From Candidatus Latescibacterota bacterium (GTDB lineage Bacteria; Latescibacterota; UBA2968; GCA-2709665), in NCBI GenBank assembly GCA_965248435.1, contig OZ252100.1:4288001-4352000 (forward strand): a stretch of 64,000 nucleotides of DNA. Direction: 5' to 3'. Shown here piece after piece: positions 19,203-28,750 of the stretch. How positions within the stretch are numbered: position 1 is the stretch's first letter; each line of letters opens with the position of its first letter. The notes beneath the pieces were generated by a model. That model did not search any database. It was not told the DNA's origin and saw only the letters and a program-made list of their open reading frames with translations. The translations under genes were made by a program, and so were the position numbers.

Positions 19203-21008
19203 ATGATTGTGTTGTCCTTTCTATGGTCTGCTTGTTCGACCGCAGCAGTTATGGTCGACGGAGTTGTGGCCGCTTGCACTAGTGAGGAACGCTTCAGCAG
19301 AATCAAGAATGACGAGCGGTTTCCAGGCCGCGCCATACACGCGGTTCTGCATGAGGCGGGTGTGAAGCCTGAAGACATCGACTGCATTGCCTTACCTGGT
19401 TTAACTTGGTCGCCCAGATATCAGATATCAAGGAGGTACTCCGTTCGCGGACAGGAGAACAGGTTGCGAGAGCAGCAAGAGTACTGGTACCCAATAATAT
19501 ACCGAGGCAAAAATCCGGATTACTACGAAGTGTTTCATGACTTCCTCGATCTCGACCAGTATCCGGGCAACTGGGAGCGCCACATCGAAGCAGACAGGGA
19601 ACTAAGCGGAGACGCCCACGATCGGTACTTTCAAGACTTTCGGACACGAGTCACCTGCAAATTTCTTGGGATAGATCCAGATCCCTCAATTGTGACATTT
19701 GTGCATCATCATCGGTGCCACGCCGCCTACGCATACTACTCGAGCCCATTTGTACCTGAACCTGCATTGGTGCTGACCGCAGATGCGTGGGGGGATGATA
19801 TGAACGCTGGGGTCTATGCGGCCAGGAACGGTCAAATTAAGCTGATTTCCAAGTCACAGAACCTCCTCGTCGCACGTCTGTACCGATCCATGACGTTGCT
19901 GCTTGGTATGAAGCCAGACGAGCACGAATACAAAGTGATGGGCTTGGCCCCCTATGGCAAGGAAGCTTACTACCTTCCTACGCTGGAGGTGTTCCGCAAC
20001 ACGCAGTACGTCGACGGGCTCGGCTTTGCCTTCAAAGAGAAGCCACAAGACTTGTACGTCCATTTCAGGGATCGGTTGGAAGGTGTGCGTTTCGACAACA
20101 TCGCAGGCGCGCTACAGCACTACACGGAGGAGATTCTAACCCACTGGACTCGAAACTCGATAAAAAGCACCAGCCTGTCGACGGTCTCGTTCGGAGGCGG
20201 TCTAGGGATGAACGTGAAAGCGATGCTGAAGTTGGCGGAACTCCCCCAAGTGGACAAGCTTTACGTGCCGCCCACGCCCTCGGACGAGTCGCTGGTGATG
20301 GGAGCGGCTTACGCGGTCACGGATGATTACGCGAAATTAAACGGGTCCACTGAGCTACGGAGTCATCCGCTGGACAACGCCTATCTCGGTCCGGATCTCG
20401 AAAAGACGGAGGTCGCATCCACGGTGGACCGAGCCAGATCGCAGGGTTTCCGTGTGATGGAGTTGAGCGACAACGAACCTATCGTGGATCGGCTCGTGAA
20501 CGGCAAGATCATAGGGCGCTGCGTCGGGCGGAGCGAATTTGGCGCGCGCGCGCTCGGCAATCGCTCGATCAACGCCGATCCGAGATCTGCGGACGTCATT
20601 GGCCGGATCAACCGGACCATCAAGAGCCGCGACTTCTGGATGCCGTTCGCGCCGTCGATCCTCGCGTCCCGGGCGGCCGAATACCTTGTGAACCCGAAGC
20701 AGCTTGACGGCCCCTACATGACGGTCGCCTTCAACTCAACCGATCTGGCTTGGGAACACCTTCGGGCTGGGCTTCATCCCGCGGACCGAACGTGCCGCCC
20801 GCAGATCCTCAGTGAGTCAGTCAATCGCGATTATCATGGCATGATCGAAGCCTTTTTCCGAAGAACGGGGGTCGGCGGCGTTCTGAACACGTCCTTCAAC
20901 GTGCACGGCGAGCCGATTATCCAGACCGCTTCAGAGGCCTTGAGAATTCTCGAAGAGACGGATCTGGACGCCGTGCAACTGCCTGGTGTTCTGATAGAGA
21001 AGGACTAA
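19203..21008 (+). CDS. Carbamoyltransferase (NodU/CmcH/TobZ family)
   Basis: EERFSRIKN, HHRCHAA, EYKVMGLAPYG, EFGARALGNRSI, RDFWMPFAP and LNTSFNVHGEP. Confidence 0.95.
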   Translation: MIVLSFLWSACSTAAVMVDGVVAACTSEERFSRIKNDERFPGRAIHAVLHEAGVKPEDIDCIALPGLTWSPRYQISRRYSVRGQENRLREQQEYWYPIIYRGKNPDYYEVFHDFLDLDQYPGNWERHIEADRELSGDAHDRYFQDFRTRVTCKFLGIDPDPSIVTFVHHHRCHAAYAYYSSPFVPEPALVLTADAWGDDMNAGVYAARNGQIKLISKSQNLLVARLYRSMTLLLGMKPDEHEYKVMGLAPYGKEAYYLPTLEVFRNTQYVDGLGFAFKEKPQDLYVHFRDRLEGVRFDNIAGALQHYTEEILTHWTRNSIKSTSLSTVSFGGGLGMNVKAMLKLAELPQVDKLYVPPTPSDESLVMGAAYAVTDDYAKLNGSTELRSHPLDNAYLGPDLEKTEVASTVDRARSQGFRVMELSDNEPIVDRLVNGKIIGRCVGRSEFGARALGNRSINADPRSADVIGRINRTIKSRDFWMPFAPSILASRAAEYLVNPKQLDGPYMTVAFNSTDLAWEHLRAGLHPADRTCRPQILSESVNRDYHGMIEAFFRRTGVGGVLNTSFNVHGEPIIQTASEALRILEETDLDAVQLPGVLIEKD

Positions 21009-22237
21009 TGACAAAGGGCCTCAGAAGGAACGTCGAAGAAGAGGTGATGTCCGTCTACAGGCGGGTATCGCCCTCGGCCGTCCCCATTGAGGAACGCGAA
21101 ACATTTGAGAAGTATTCATCCGCCCACCGGGAGCTGATGCAGTACAGGTTGCGGATGCCATTAAGACTGTTCGAGAGTGCGCGTGTGGTAGACTTTGGCT
21201 GCGGGACGGGTGAGCTAGACATCGTTATGGCCGACTGGGGTGCGTCTATTGATGGCTTCGATCTGAACGAGAAATCAATCACTCGAGCAAAGGAGCTTGC
21301 TTCACAGTTCTCAATGCAGAATTATACGAATTTCTGGGTTGATAACGCTTGTAGCGTTGACTTGGGACGTAGGCGATACGATATCGTCTCAAGCTACGGC
21401 GTGATCCCTCACGTCGCTGATCAGCAAGCAATGCTCGACCTGATGTGCGATGCAGTTGCAGTGGGCGGGTTTCTAGTCCTAGGATATATATATAGAGCCG
21501 GCATTATTCAGCGGTGGCTGCACCGAGAAATCATTCAGGCCTTTGCATCCTCAGATGAATCCTTGATTGAGGAACTTGCGACCAGATATTTCGGAGAGCA
21601 CATAGGACGATCAGTAAAGCGGGGGGGAAGGGCGCCAAAGTCTGTCATATACGACTACCTGGTCAACCCCCACTATCAGGCTCTCCGGTTCGTCGAACTG
21701 GCAAGACAGCTTGGAGAAAAGGGATTTCGTTACTACTCCGCATGGCCGACACCTGACTTGCCTTTCTGCATCAACAGTTGCGCGGCTAGGCAGATGGGCG
21801 CGACTGACTCCTCGTACAAGATCTTTGCCGCTTTCCTGGATTTGCGGTGGTTGTTCGCTCAGAGAGAGGACCAGGATGTATACGCCAATCTGGGACAATC
21901 GCCGGCAGTTGAGGCCGTGGTCCAACACATTAATGGTCTTATGGACAGGGCGGAAGAGCTACTTGACTTTGATAGAGATGCTCGACACTACGCATCTGCC
22001 TTCAAGGAAAGCTGTCAGAAAACGGCCGATGCTGTCGTCTCAGCGATCGACCAACTTGCTGCATCATTAAGACTAAGGGTACCTGAAGCCTTGGAAGAGC
22101 TCTCAAAGGCGTTTTCCTTGGTCGATGCCCTGAGACGTGGGGAAGAAGCGCCCGACCTAGCATTCGATCATCTATTTCACGGGTACAACGGCCTGGGAAC
22201 TTCCTATGTTTCCTTCGTATGTGAACGAGATATATGA
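21008..22237 (+). CDS. SAM-dependent methyltransferase with C-terminal extension
   Basis: VDFGCGTGE, GFDLN and YDIVSSYGVIPH. Confidence 0.85.
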   Translation: MTKGLRRNVEEEVMSVYRRVSPSAVPIEERETFEKYSSAHRELMQYRLRMPLRLFESARVVDFGCGTGELDIVMADWGASIDGFDLNEKSITRAKELASQFSMQNYTNFWVDNACSVDLGRRRYDIVSSYGVIPHVADQQAMLDLMCDAVAVGGFLVLGYIYRAGIIQRWLHREIIQAFASSDESLIEELATRYFGEHIGRSVKRGGRAPKSVIYDYLVNPHYQALRFVELARQLGEKGFRYYSAWPTPDLPFCINSCAARQMGATDSSYKIFAAFLDLRWLFAQREDQDVYANLGQSPAVEAVVQHINGLMDRAEELLDFDRDARHYASAFKESCQKTADAVVSAIDQLAASLRLRVPEALEELSKAFSLVDALRRGEEAPDLAFDHLFHGYNGLGTSYVSFVCERDI

Positions 22238-22370
22238 TCCTTGGACTGACTCTGGCAACGGGGTGGGTCCAAAAGTCTGTTCGTGGGCAAGCGGCTTATC
22301 GCAAAAGGATCGATCGATGGGTCGTATCGACGAAGGACAAGGAATCGCGGAAGTCGCCCGCGCAGCCTGA
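22234..22370 (+). pseudogene. Degenerate remnant of a third neuA-like cytidylyltransferase
   Basis: Read across frameshifts it gives MILGLTLA-RGGSKS...GKRLIA...RIDRWVVSTKDKE-(I)AEVAR. This is collinear with the NeuA N-terminus at 24379 (MILGLIPARGGSKG...GKPLI...RLDRLVVSTEDDEIAEIV). It overlaps the upstream stop as ATGA. Confidence 0.75.
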
Positions 22371-22597
22371 TACTTACGGACCTGAGGTATTTTTTTTCCA
22401 GATTTTTGGGTTGATTCCCGTTCGAGCTAGATCCAAAGGGTTTCCGCCAATCTGTCTCATAATTGTTCAGACATGGTAAACAACTCTGATGAGGCTCGTA
22501 AGAGCGTCAGCGAAGAACTTGCTGAACGATTGGCTGAATATTCAACGCCAAGTGCTCTATGTTTTTAGAGGCTAACTTAATTTCTTTGGTTGCTTGA

Positions 22598-24382
22598 ATG
22601 AAGGAATTGGTTTTAACAGGTATCCATGGGATCTGGCCTGAGGATGAAAACTCTGCGATTTTCTTGGGCCCGTGGTGTTTCGCTGGGCACCCCAAGTATG
22701 CATTCTGGGACCAAGCGCAATTCGAATTGGCACCGAGTCCCTGGAAGTCTAAGCGTGACATACTCCTTACATCTGCGTATCTGGATTCACTTGTAGAACG
22801 AATTGTCCCTGTTTTAGCAGAGTATTTAAATGATTGGTATGGAAGTGATTACAGTGAGCGTTTCTGGAGATTGAATCTCATTTGCTGGCTGGTTCACTGG
22901 TTAGGGATCGTTTACGATCGATTCAAGAGACTGGAATATTTGGAGCAGGCATATCCTGGACAGAAGTTTTTTGTCCGCGTGATAGGCGCAGATGCACAGA
23001 ATAGGCGCTTTGCCAATTATCAAGAGTTTTCAGGCCAATTTTCGGATCACAATATAAATCTATGTTTTTTCTCACAAATCGTACACCTGGCACAGTTCAA
23101 GTTCTTAGAAAAAGTCATCATTGCAGACTCCTGGAGCCCTTCGTCCACCGGCGCTGGAAATTTTCAGCTCAACCATAGAGAACCCTTGGGCAAGCGACTG
23201 AGGGGTTTTCTGAAAGCTCGTGTCGTCGAAGGACTGTCGTCTTGCGCCGGGATCCGTCTGGGTCAGATTCACGGCTTATCTGGCCGAGACCGCTTTTTTC
23301 TCCTGTCGTCTGTTCTGATTCGAAGTCATGAAAATAGAGTGCACCGAATTGCCGCTCTAGGAAACACAGAAGGACATAAACAGCGCCTTCCCGATGAAGT
23401 AATTTATTTCGAGACACGGAATCTCTTTGAAGAAGTGATTTCAAGGATGGTTCTGGGACACGTCCCCGAGAACGTACTTTCTCTTTCCAACGGTCAGCAT
23501 GTGAGAAAGAGAATGGCCAAGGTTTGGATCGGTAATGACATTTGGAATCCTCAGATGACCCTTGAGCTTGCATCCTTGACAGAAGCTGGCGGAAAATGGA
23601 TCTCGGTGCAGCATGGAGGAGGGTATGGACAGAATTCTTCTTTCCCCATAGGTAAGATAGAGTATGAAGTGGCAGATGGCTTTATCAGTTGGGGTTGGAA
23701 CAAGCCGCACCTTTATGACTGTTGCATCTATCCTCTTCCCTCACCTTTTCTAAGCAAACTTCCATGTTACAAGAATAGAACGGATAAATTGATATATGTG
23801 GGGAGAGAGGCTCTTCCTTATCGCTATCGTTTGCATAGCCTCCTCAGTCCAGAAGAGCTGTTTCCCTATCTCCTGAATCAGAGAGATTTTCTACAGAATC
23901 TAGACCCAATGATCCGAAGTTCGGTGCAGTACAGAGCTTATCGAAATAGTTATGGGGTTGATGAGAAAAGGTGGATTATGCGCCTGCTCGGACAGAACCA
24001 GATGCTTGATGACGGCCGGCTCTTAGATCACATGGCCCGGGCTAGGCTAGTTGTGATTGATCATCTAGGAACCAGCCTACTGGAGTCCCTCGCTATGGGA
24101 GCACCGACGATCTGTTTCTGGAATCCAGAGCATTTTAGAGAGTGTGAAGAGGCACGTACCTATTTTGATTACTTAAGGGACGCGGAGATTCTGTACGACT
24201 CTCCGGAAGCAGCCGCCACCAAGGTCAACGAAATCTGGGACGGTGTTCACTCATGGTGGCATTCCGAGGCTGTGCAGACGGCTCGAATTCAATTCTGTAG
24301 GCAGTATGCGCTGACGAGCAAGAACTGGCTCAGGGAGTGGGCCACGTTTTTGCGCAGCTTTCTTGGTTCTGAAGCGGCATGA
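22598..24382 (+). CDS. LIC12162-like putative transferase (Leptospira-type surface glycan protein)
   Basis: FLGPWC, QHGGGYG, FISWGW and TSLLESLAMGAPTICFW, with a C-terminal W...WW....Q.AR..F pattern. Confidence 0.75.
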   Translation: MKELVLTGIHGIWPEDENSAIFLGPWCFAGHPKYAFWDQAQFELAPSPWKSKRDILLTSAYLDSLVERIVPVLAEYLNDWYGSDYSERFWRLNLICWLVHWLGIVYDRFKRLEYLEQAYPGQKFFVRVIGADAQNRRFANYQEFSGQFSDHNINLCFFSQIVHLAQFKFLEKVIIADSWSPSSTGAGNFQLNHREPLGKRLRGFLKARVVEGLSSCAGIRLGQIHGLSGRDRFFLLSSVLIRSHENRVHRIAALGNTEGHKQRLPDEVIYFETRNLFEEVISRMVLGHVPENVLSLSNGQHVRKRMAKVWIGNDIWNPQMTLELASLTEAGGKWISVQHGGGYGQNSSFPIGKIEYEVADGFISWGWNKPHLYDCCIYPLPSPFLSKLPCYKNRTDKLIYVGREALPYRYRLHSLLSPEELFPYLLNQRDFLQNLDPMIRSSVQYRAYRNSYGVDEKRWIMRLLGQNQMLDDGRLLDHMARARLVVIDHLGTSLLESLAMGAPTICFWNPEHFRECEEARTYFDYLRDAEILYDSPEAAATKVNEIWDGVHSWWHSEAVQTARIQFCRQYALTSKNWLREWATFLRSFLGSEAA

Positions 24383-25026
24383 TTCTCGGTTTGATTCCCG
24401 CGCGCGGGGGATCTAAGGGTGTTCCCCGAAAAAATATCAGGATGATTGCGGGGAAGCCGCTTATTGTATGGACTATCGAGGCTGCCCAACGGGCTCGAAG
24501 ACTTGATCGGCTCGTTGTCTCAACTGAGGACGACGAGATCGCTGAGATCGTCCAATCCTATCAGGCCGAAGTTCTGCGCCGTCCCCAAGAGCTGGCTACT
24601 GATGAGGCCACATCCCTGAGCGTTTGGCAGCACGTGCTGTCTGCTATTCCTGCCGATATCCTCGTGAATCTGTATCCTACCTCACCGATCCGGGAAGAGG
24701 GCTTGATTGATCAGGCGATCGAACGATTCCTGGAAACGCGTCCTACATGTCTCGCAACAGGTTTTATATGCAAATACTTGCCGTTTGGAGAGGCTGACGA
24801 TGGAGCAACGAATTTACGCGGACGGCAGGATGTGGAAGGCTTTTTCTGCGATGATGGTAACGTCTACGTCGCAGATTCCCGAACCATTATGGATGGTCGG
24901 CAGTACGGAGATCGGCTCGAGCACCTTTTGACGGATCGGGAATGCAACATTGAAATAGATGATCAGTTTGATTTTTGGATAGCAGAGCAGATTCTACTTA
25001 AACGTCTCACTAAGAATAGAATTTAA
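24379..25026 (+). CDS. neuA: Acylneuraminate cytidylyltransferase 2
   Basis: IPARGGSKGVPRKN, GKPL, VSTED, PTSPIR and EIDD. Confidence 0.9.
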   Translation: MILGLIPARGGSKGVPRKNIRMIAGKPLIVWTIEAAQRARRLDRLVVSTEDDEIAEIVQSYQAEVLRRPQELATDEATSLSVWQHVLSAIPADILVNLYPTSPIREEGLIDQAIERFLETRPTCLATGFICKYLPFGEADDGATNLRGRQDVEGFFCDDGNVYVADSRTIMDGRQYGDRLEHLLTDRECNIEIDDQFDFWIAEQILLKRLTKNRI

Positions 25027-25079
25027 GATATCCCAGAAAAGTCTTCTGAATACGATACAGAATCGCTTCGTATACCCTT

Positions 25080-25751
25080 ATGAATATCCTAGTAATAGCT
25101 CCTCATATGGACGACGAAGTACTGGGCCCAGGCGGTACCATCTGCAAGCACGTGGCTGCTGGAGACACAGTCAAAGTACTTTTTGTTTCGAATCGTGTTT
25201 ACAACCATCAATTAGATCAGAAAGCGCTTGAGCGGGAAGAAGAGCATGCAATGGCGGCAAAGTCTATTCTAAACTACCAGGAGGTTGAATTCGCGCGCCT
25301 GCCAGATGAACAGCTCTACAAACACGTTTTAGATGTGCTGGATGTCATCGAAAGAGTAGTGGAGCAATTTGGGCCTGATATCGCGTATGTCAATCATTGC
25401 AGCGACATTCATCAGGACCATAAAACGGTCTTCGAAGCGGCGATGATCGGGTTTCGATCACTGAACAGATCCGATAAACGAATAAGACGCGTTTCCTGTT
25501 ATGAGACGCCGTCATCTACTGAACAAGCGCCTCCGTTTCCAGATCGTGCCTTCCTCCCGAATTTCTATGTGGACATATGCCCTTATATCAACTCGAAGCA
25601 AGAGGCGATGGCTTGTTATAAAACCGAGCAAAGAACATTTCCTCATCCCCGTTCTGCTGAAGGTATTGGCGCGCTCGCAAAGGTTCGAGGCATGGCGTGT
25701 GGTTTTCCAGCGGCAGAAGCATTCATGGTCATTCGAGAGGAATGGCGTTAG
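25080..25751 (+). CDS. PIG-L/LmbE family deacetylase
   Basis: IAPHMDDEVLG, HQDH, YET.SSTE and PHPRS. Confidence 0.9.
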   Translation: MNILVIAPHMDDEVLGPGGTICKHVAAGDTVKVLFVSNRVYNHQLDQKALEREEEHAMAAKSILNYQEVEFARLPDEQLYKHVLDVLDVIERVVEQFGPDIAYVNHCSDIHQDHKTVFEAAMIGFRSLNRSDKRIRRVSCYETPSSTEQAPPFPDRAFLPNFYVDICPYINSKQEAMACYKTEQRTFPHPRSAEGIGALAKVRGMACGFPAAEAFMVIREEWR

Positions 25752-26662
25752 CTTGCCTGTGTTGGCGGAAGATGCTCATGGGAAAGTGGCTAATAAGAAG
25801 TCTCCTTAGCGGCGATCAATACGAGGCCTTGAGGCAGAGGTTTGGTTCCTTCATAGCGTCCGTTGTGAGGAGGCTGCCAGAAATCGTATTGCTCAAGATC
25901 AAGGCCGAGGTTCATCTGATAAAGCGATTGGACTACGGTAGACGCGACATCTTTATGCACGTTGAGTCAGAACTCGAAAATTTTAGATTGTTATCCTGCC
26001 GAAGGGAGTCCAAAACAGTAGAGTGGATTGAAACCTATATAAAACGAGGCGATATCCTTTATGACATCGGTGCAAACGTGGGCGCTTATGCTTTGGTTGC
26101 GTCCAAATTTTTCAATGGCTGTGTTCGAGTATACGCCTTCGAGCCGGCCGCCAGCAACTTCCTTCAACTTTGCAAGAATATCCAACTGAATAAATGCCAG
26201 GATGCTATCGTACCTTTGCAGGTTGCACTGTCTGACAAAACAACCATAGATACGTTCAACTATCACAGCCTGGTTACAGGCAGTGCCATGCACGCGCTTG
26301 GTGAACCTGTCAACGACCTTGGTGCTAGATTCGAGCCAGTTTTCAGGCAACTTATCTTGGGCTACACAATTGATGGTCTTGTAGAACAATTTCATATTCC
26401 GGTTCCAAGTCACATGAAGATTGACGTCGACGGCAAGGAATTAGCGGTCTTAAGGGGTGCAGATTCAACGCTTTCAAATTCATCTGTCCGCAGTATCATT
26501 GTGGAATTGCAGCCAGACGAGTCGTCCAATCAGATCTCGAAATTTCTATGCACGAAGGGGTTTGAAATCAAGGATACCTTCGAGGTCGGTAACCGAGGAA
26601 CCCGCAACTGTATTTTCGCTCGCCCACCTGGGGTAGAAACCGATGAAATGGCAGTGCGATGA
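25697..26662 (+). CDS. FkbM family methyltransferase (true start probably near 25772-25778)
   Basis: YDIGANVG.Y, YAFEP and KIDVDGKELAVLRG. Confidence 0.9.
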   Translation: MWFSSGRSIHGHSRGMALACLCWRKMLMGKWLIRSLLSGDQYEALRQRFGSFIASVVRRLPEIVLLKIKAEVHLIKRLDYGRRDIFMHVESELENFRLLSCRRESKTVEWIETYIKRGDILYDIGANVGAYALVASKFFNGCVRVYAFEPAASNFLQLCKNIQLNKCQDAIVPLQVALSDKTTIDTFNYHSLVTGSAMHALGEPVNDLGARFEPVFRQLILGYTIDGLVEQFHIPVPSHMKIDVDGKELAVLRGADSTLSNSSVRSIIVELQPDESSNQISKFLCTKGFEIKDTFEVGNRGTRNCIFARPPGVETDEMAVR

Positions 26663-28683
26663 CGGAGAAACGTAGACGTTATCTCATTGTCACAGATACA
26701 GCGTCGAAGGATTGGATTGATAAAGCGGCTTCCTATTCAGGGCAACCGGTAGATTGGTACATTATGCCGCTCGGAGTTTCGGGCGAGCGATATATGACTA
26801 GCTGTGGAGGCGCTTTAGACGAACTGGAAAGCGCAACCACTATCGATATTACGAAATTTTCAGAACGGGCGAAGCAACGCCTCAATGCATTCTATATCCA
26901 GTTTATTTCAAAACTTCCGAGAACCCCATTATTGCGGGGTCGTACACTATTCTCCGAGCTAGCTACGCCCATGATGAACCTCTGGTGGTGTATGGAAATC
27001 TCTGAAAAGAATCCGTATCGTGGGTCTCTCATTTTCAAGCGGCTTTACTTTGTGGCACTCGTGAAAGCAGCTGTGGAGAATGGACATTTTGACGAGATTT
27101 GGGTGTCGTTGGAGGATCGTTTGCTTTCGGGTGCTCTTGGTGACCTACATCCGGCTTCACGGTCTCACGACGTTCATTCGAAACCCGATAGTACATCATC
27201 GATCAATCAGTGGTTCCTAGTCCGATTCGTCACCGCAGCATTTCGAACGTTTCGCCGTGCTGTCGGTTTGCATCTTCTCACGATATTTACCAGAGGATTT
27301 CGACTGGAAACATCCCGCTCACTCGCGATGCTCTTTACATTCTATCCGTTGCTGTGGGATCGACCGTACGAGAAATCTTCTAAAGATCGCATGTACGGGG
27401 GACTAAAGGAGGCGCTGGAAAGGCACACAGAAGTTTGTTACGGGGCGTGGGTGAATGAACCCCTGAGGGAAGCCTGGCGGCATCGACGGGCTATGAAACG
27501 ACATTTTCTGTCGAATGATGTCCTCGTGTTGAATCGACTGTGCAAGCTCCGGGATTTTTGTCAGGCCTGGTCGATTCGGCGTTTTTTTAAGACTCTTTTT
27601 GTTGAAAGCCGTCTGGTTCCCCAGATTCGCGCGGTTTTTGAAGACGTTGATATTTCTCCTTTCGTTCAAGAAGAAGTGCGGCGGTCTTTTTGCCGGCCCG
27701 AGTTTTTTACGAATGAGCTTCTTGCGAGTGCTGTCGCAAGAAGCATTGATCGTTTTGGGATTAGGAGCATTATTCACTACATGGAATTCCAGTTGTTTGA
27801 AAAGGCGATTTGGTACGGCGCTCACAACAGGACAAAGACGATCGGTTTTCAGCATTCCTCAATCCGAAAGGACAATTTGCTATACCTCTTTTCCGGGGAA
27901 GAAATCTCCGAGGCTCTGAATTCCGGAAGCTCGTTCCAGGCGATGCCGTTCCCCGATCTGATCTTCACGAGCGGGCACTATCCCTTCGAAGTACTTCGGA
28001 GAAACGGCATTCCTGAGGATCGACTTGCAATTTGTGGAGCTGTTCGGTACGAAAAGTTGGCTTCCTGGATTAGTCAGATGCCTGATCAGCGGCAACTTCG
28101 CCGTACCCATAGGATTCAGATTCAAACAAAGGTGTTGCTGGTCGCGTCGTCCTCAGATTCTCTGGATGGCGCCATCGACCTTATCAGATGCGTCTTGCAG
28201 TCTATCCCCCCTGAGGCTCACGACGTGCTGGTTGTGATCAAATGCCACCCCATGCTTCCGATCGATTGGCAGATGATTGATGGAATAGTGCCAAATGGAT
28301 TACTTTTTGAAATTCGTCTCCTGCCTGCTGATGCACCGCTCTTAGATTTCGTGGCGCTGTCTGATGCCGTTTTTCAAACCGGTTCGTCAACAGCGGTTGA
28401 GGCAGCCGCTTTGGGCCGAATTGTGGTGACATACGACAATTGCGCGGTTCTCAATTTAGCCCCTGTTCCGGATGTTTCCCGCCTCGGACTCGTAGCAAGG
28501 ACAGATGAAGAGATGCGTCGTGCCGTTGACAAGGTGTTGACAGGCGAGGTGTCGTTGAATGGACTGCGAGAGAGTAGCAGATGCGAAGTGGATGAGGTGT
28601 TCAGCTATCTTGATGGGACGGCTAGCGACCGGTTCGTCCAACTCTTGCAGAAATTCGGGGTCCTGGACGAACATTGTTCCTAA
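26659..28683 (+). CDS. Large uncharacterised surface-carbohydrate protein, putative GT-B transferase
   Basis: NLWW..EISEKN, DRMYG, EFQ.FEKA, GFQHS, VIKCHP and STAVEAAALG. Confidence 0.65.
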   Translation: MTEKRRRYLIVTDTASKDWIDKAASYSGQPVDWYIMPLGVSGERYMTSCGGALDELESATTIDITKFSERAKQRLNAFYIQFISKLPRTPLLRGRTLFSELATPMMNLWWCMEISEKNPYRGSLIFKRLYFVALVKAAVENGHFDEIWVSLEDRLLSGALGDLHPASRSHDVHSKPDSTSSINQWFLVRFVTAAFRTFRRAVGLHLLTIFTRGFRLETSRSLAMLFTFYPLLWDRPYEKSSKDRMYGGLKEALERHTEVCYGAWVNEPLREAWRHRRAMKRHFLSNDVLVLNRLCKLRDFCQAWSIRRFFKTLFVESRLVPQIRAVFEDVDISPFVQEEVRRSFCRPEFFTNELLASAVARSIDRFGIRSIIHYMEFQLFEKAIWYGAHNRTKTIGFQHSSIRKDNLLYLFSGEEISEALNSGSSFQAMPFPDLIFTSGHYPFEVLRRNGIPEDRLAICGAVRYEKLASWISQMPDQRQLRRTHRIQIQTKVLLVASSSDSLDGAIDLIRCVLQSIPPEAHDVLVVIKCHPMLPIDWQMIDGIVPNGLLFEIRLLPADAPLLDFVALSDAVFQTGSSTAVEAAALGRIVVTYDNCAVLNLAPVPDVSRLGLVARTDEEMRRAVDKVLTGEVSLNGLRESSRCEVDEVFSYLDGTASDRFVQLLQKFGVLDEHCS

Positions 28684-28750
28684 ATCGTCAGTTTGCTTCT
28701 TGTCGCGTCTAAGGTAATCTCGACACGAATACTAAAGGAGATGGATCCGA

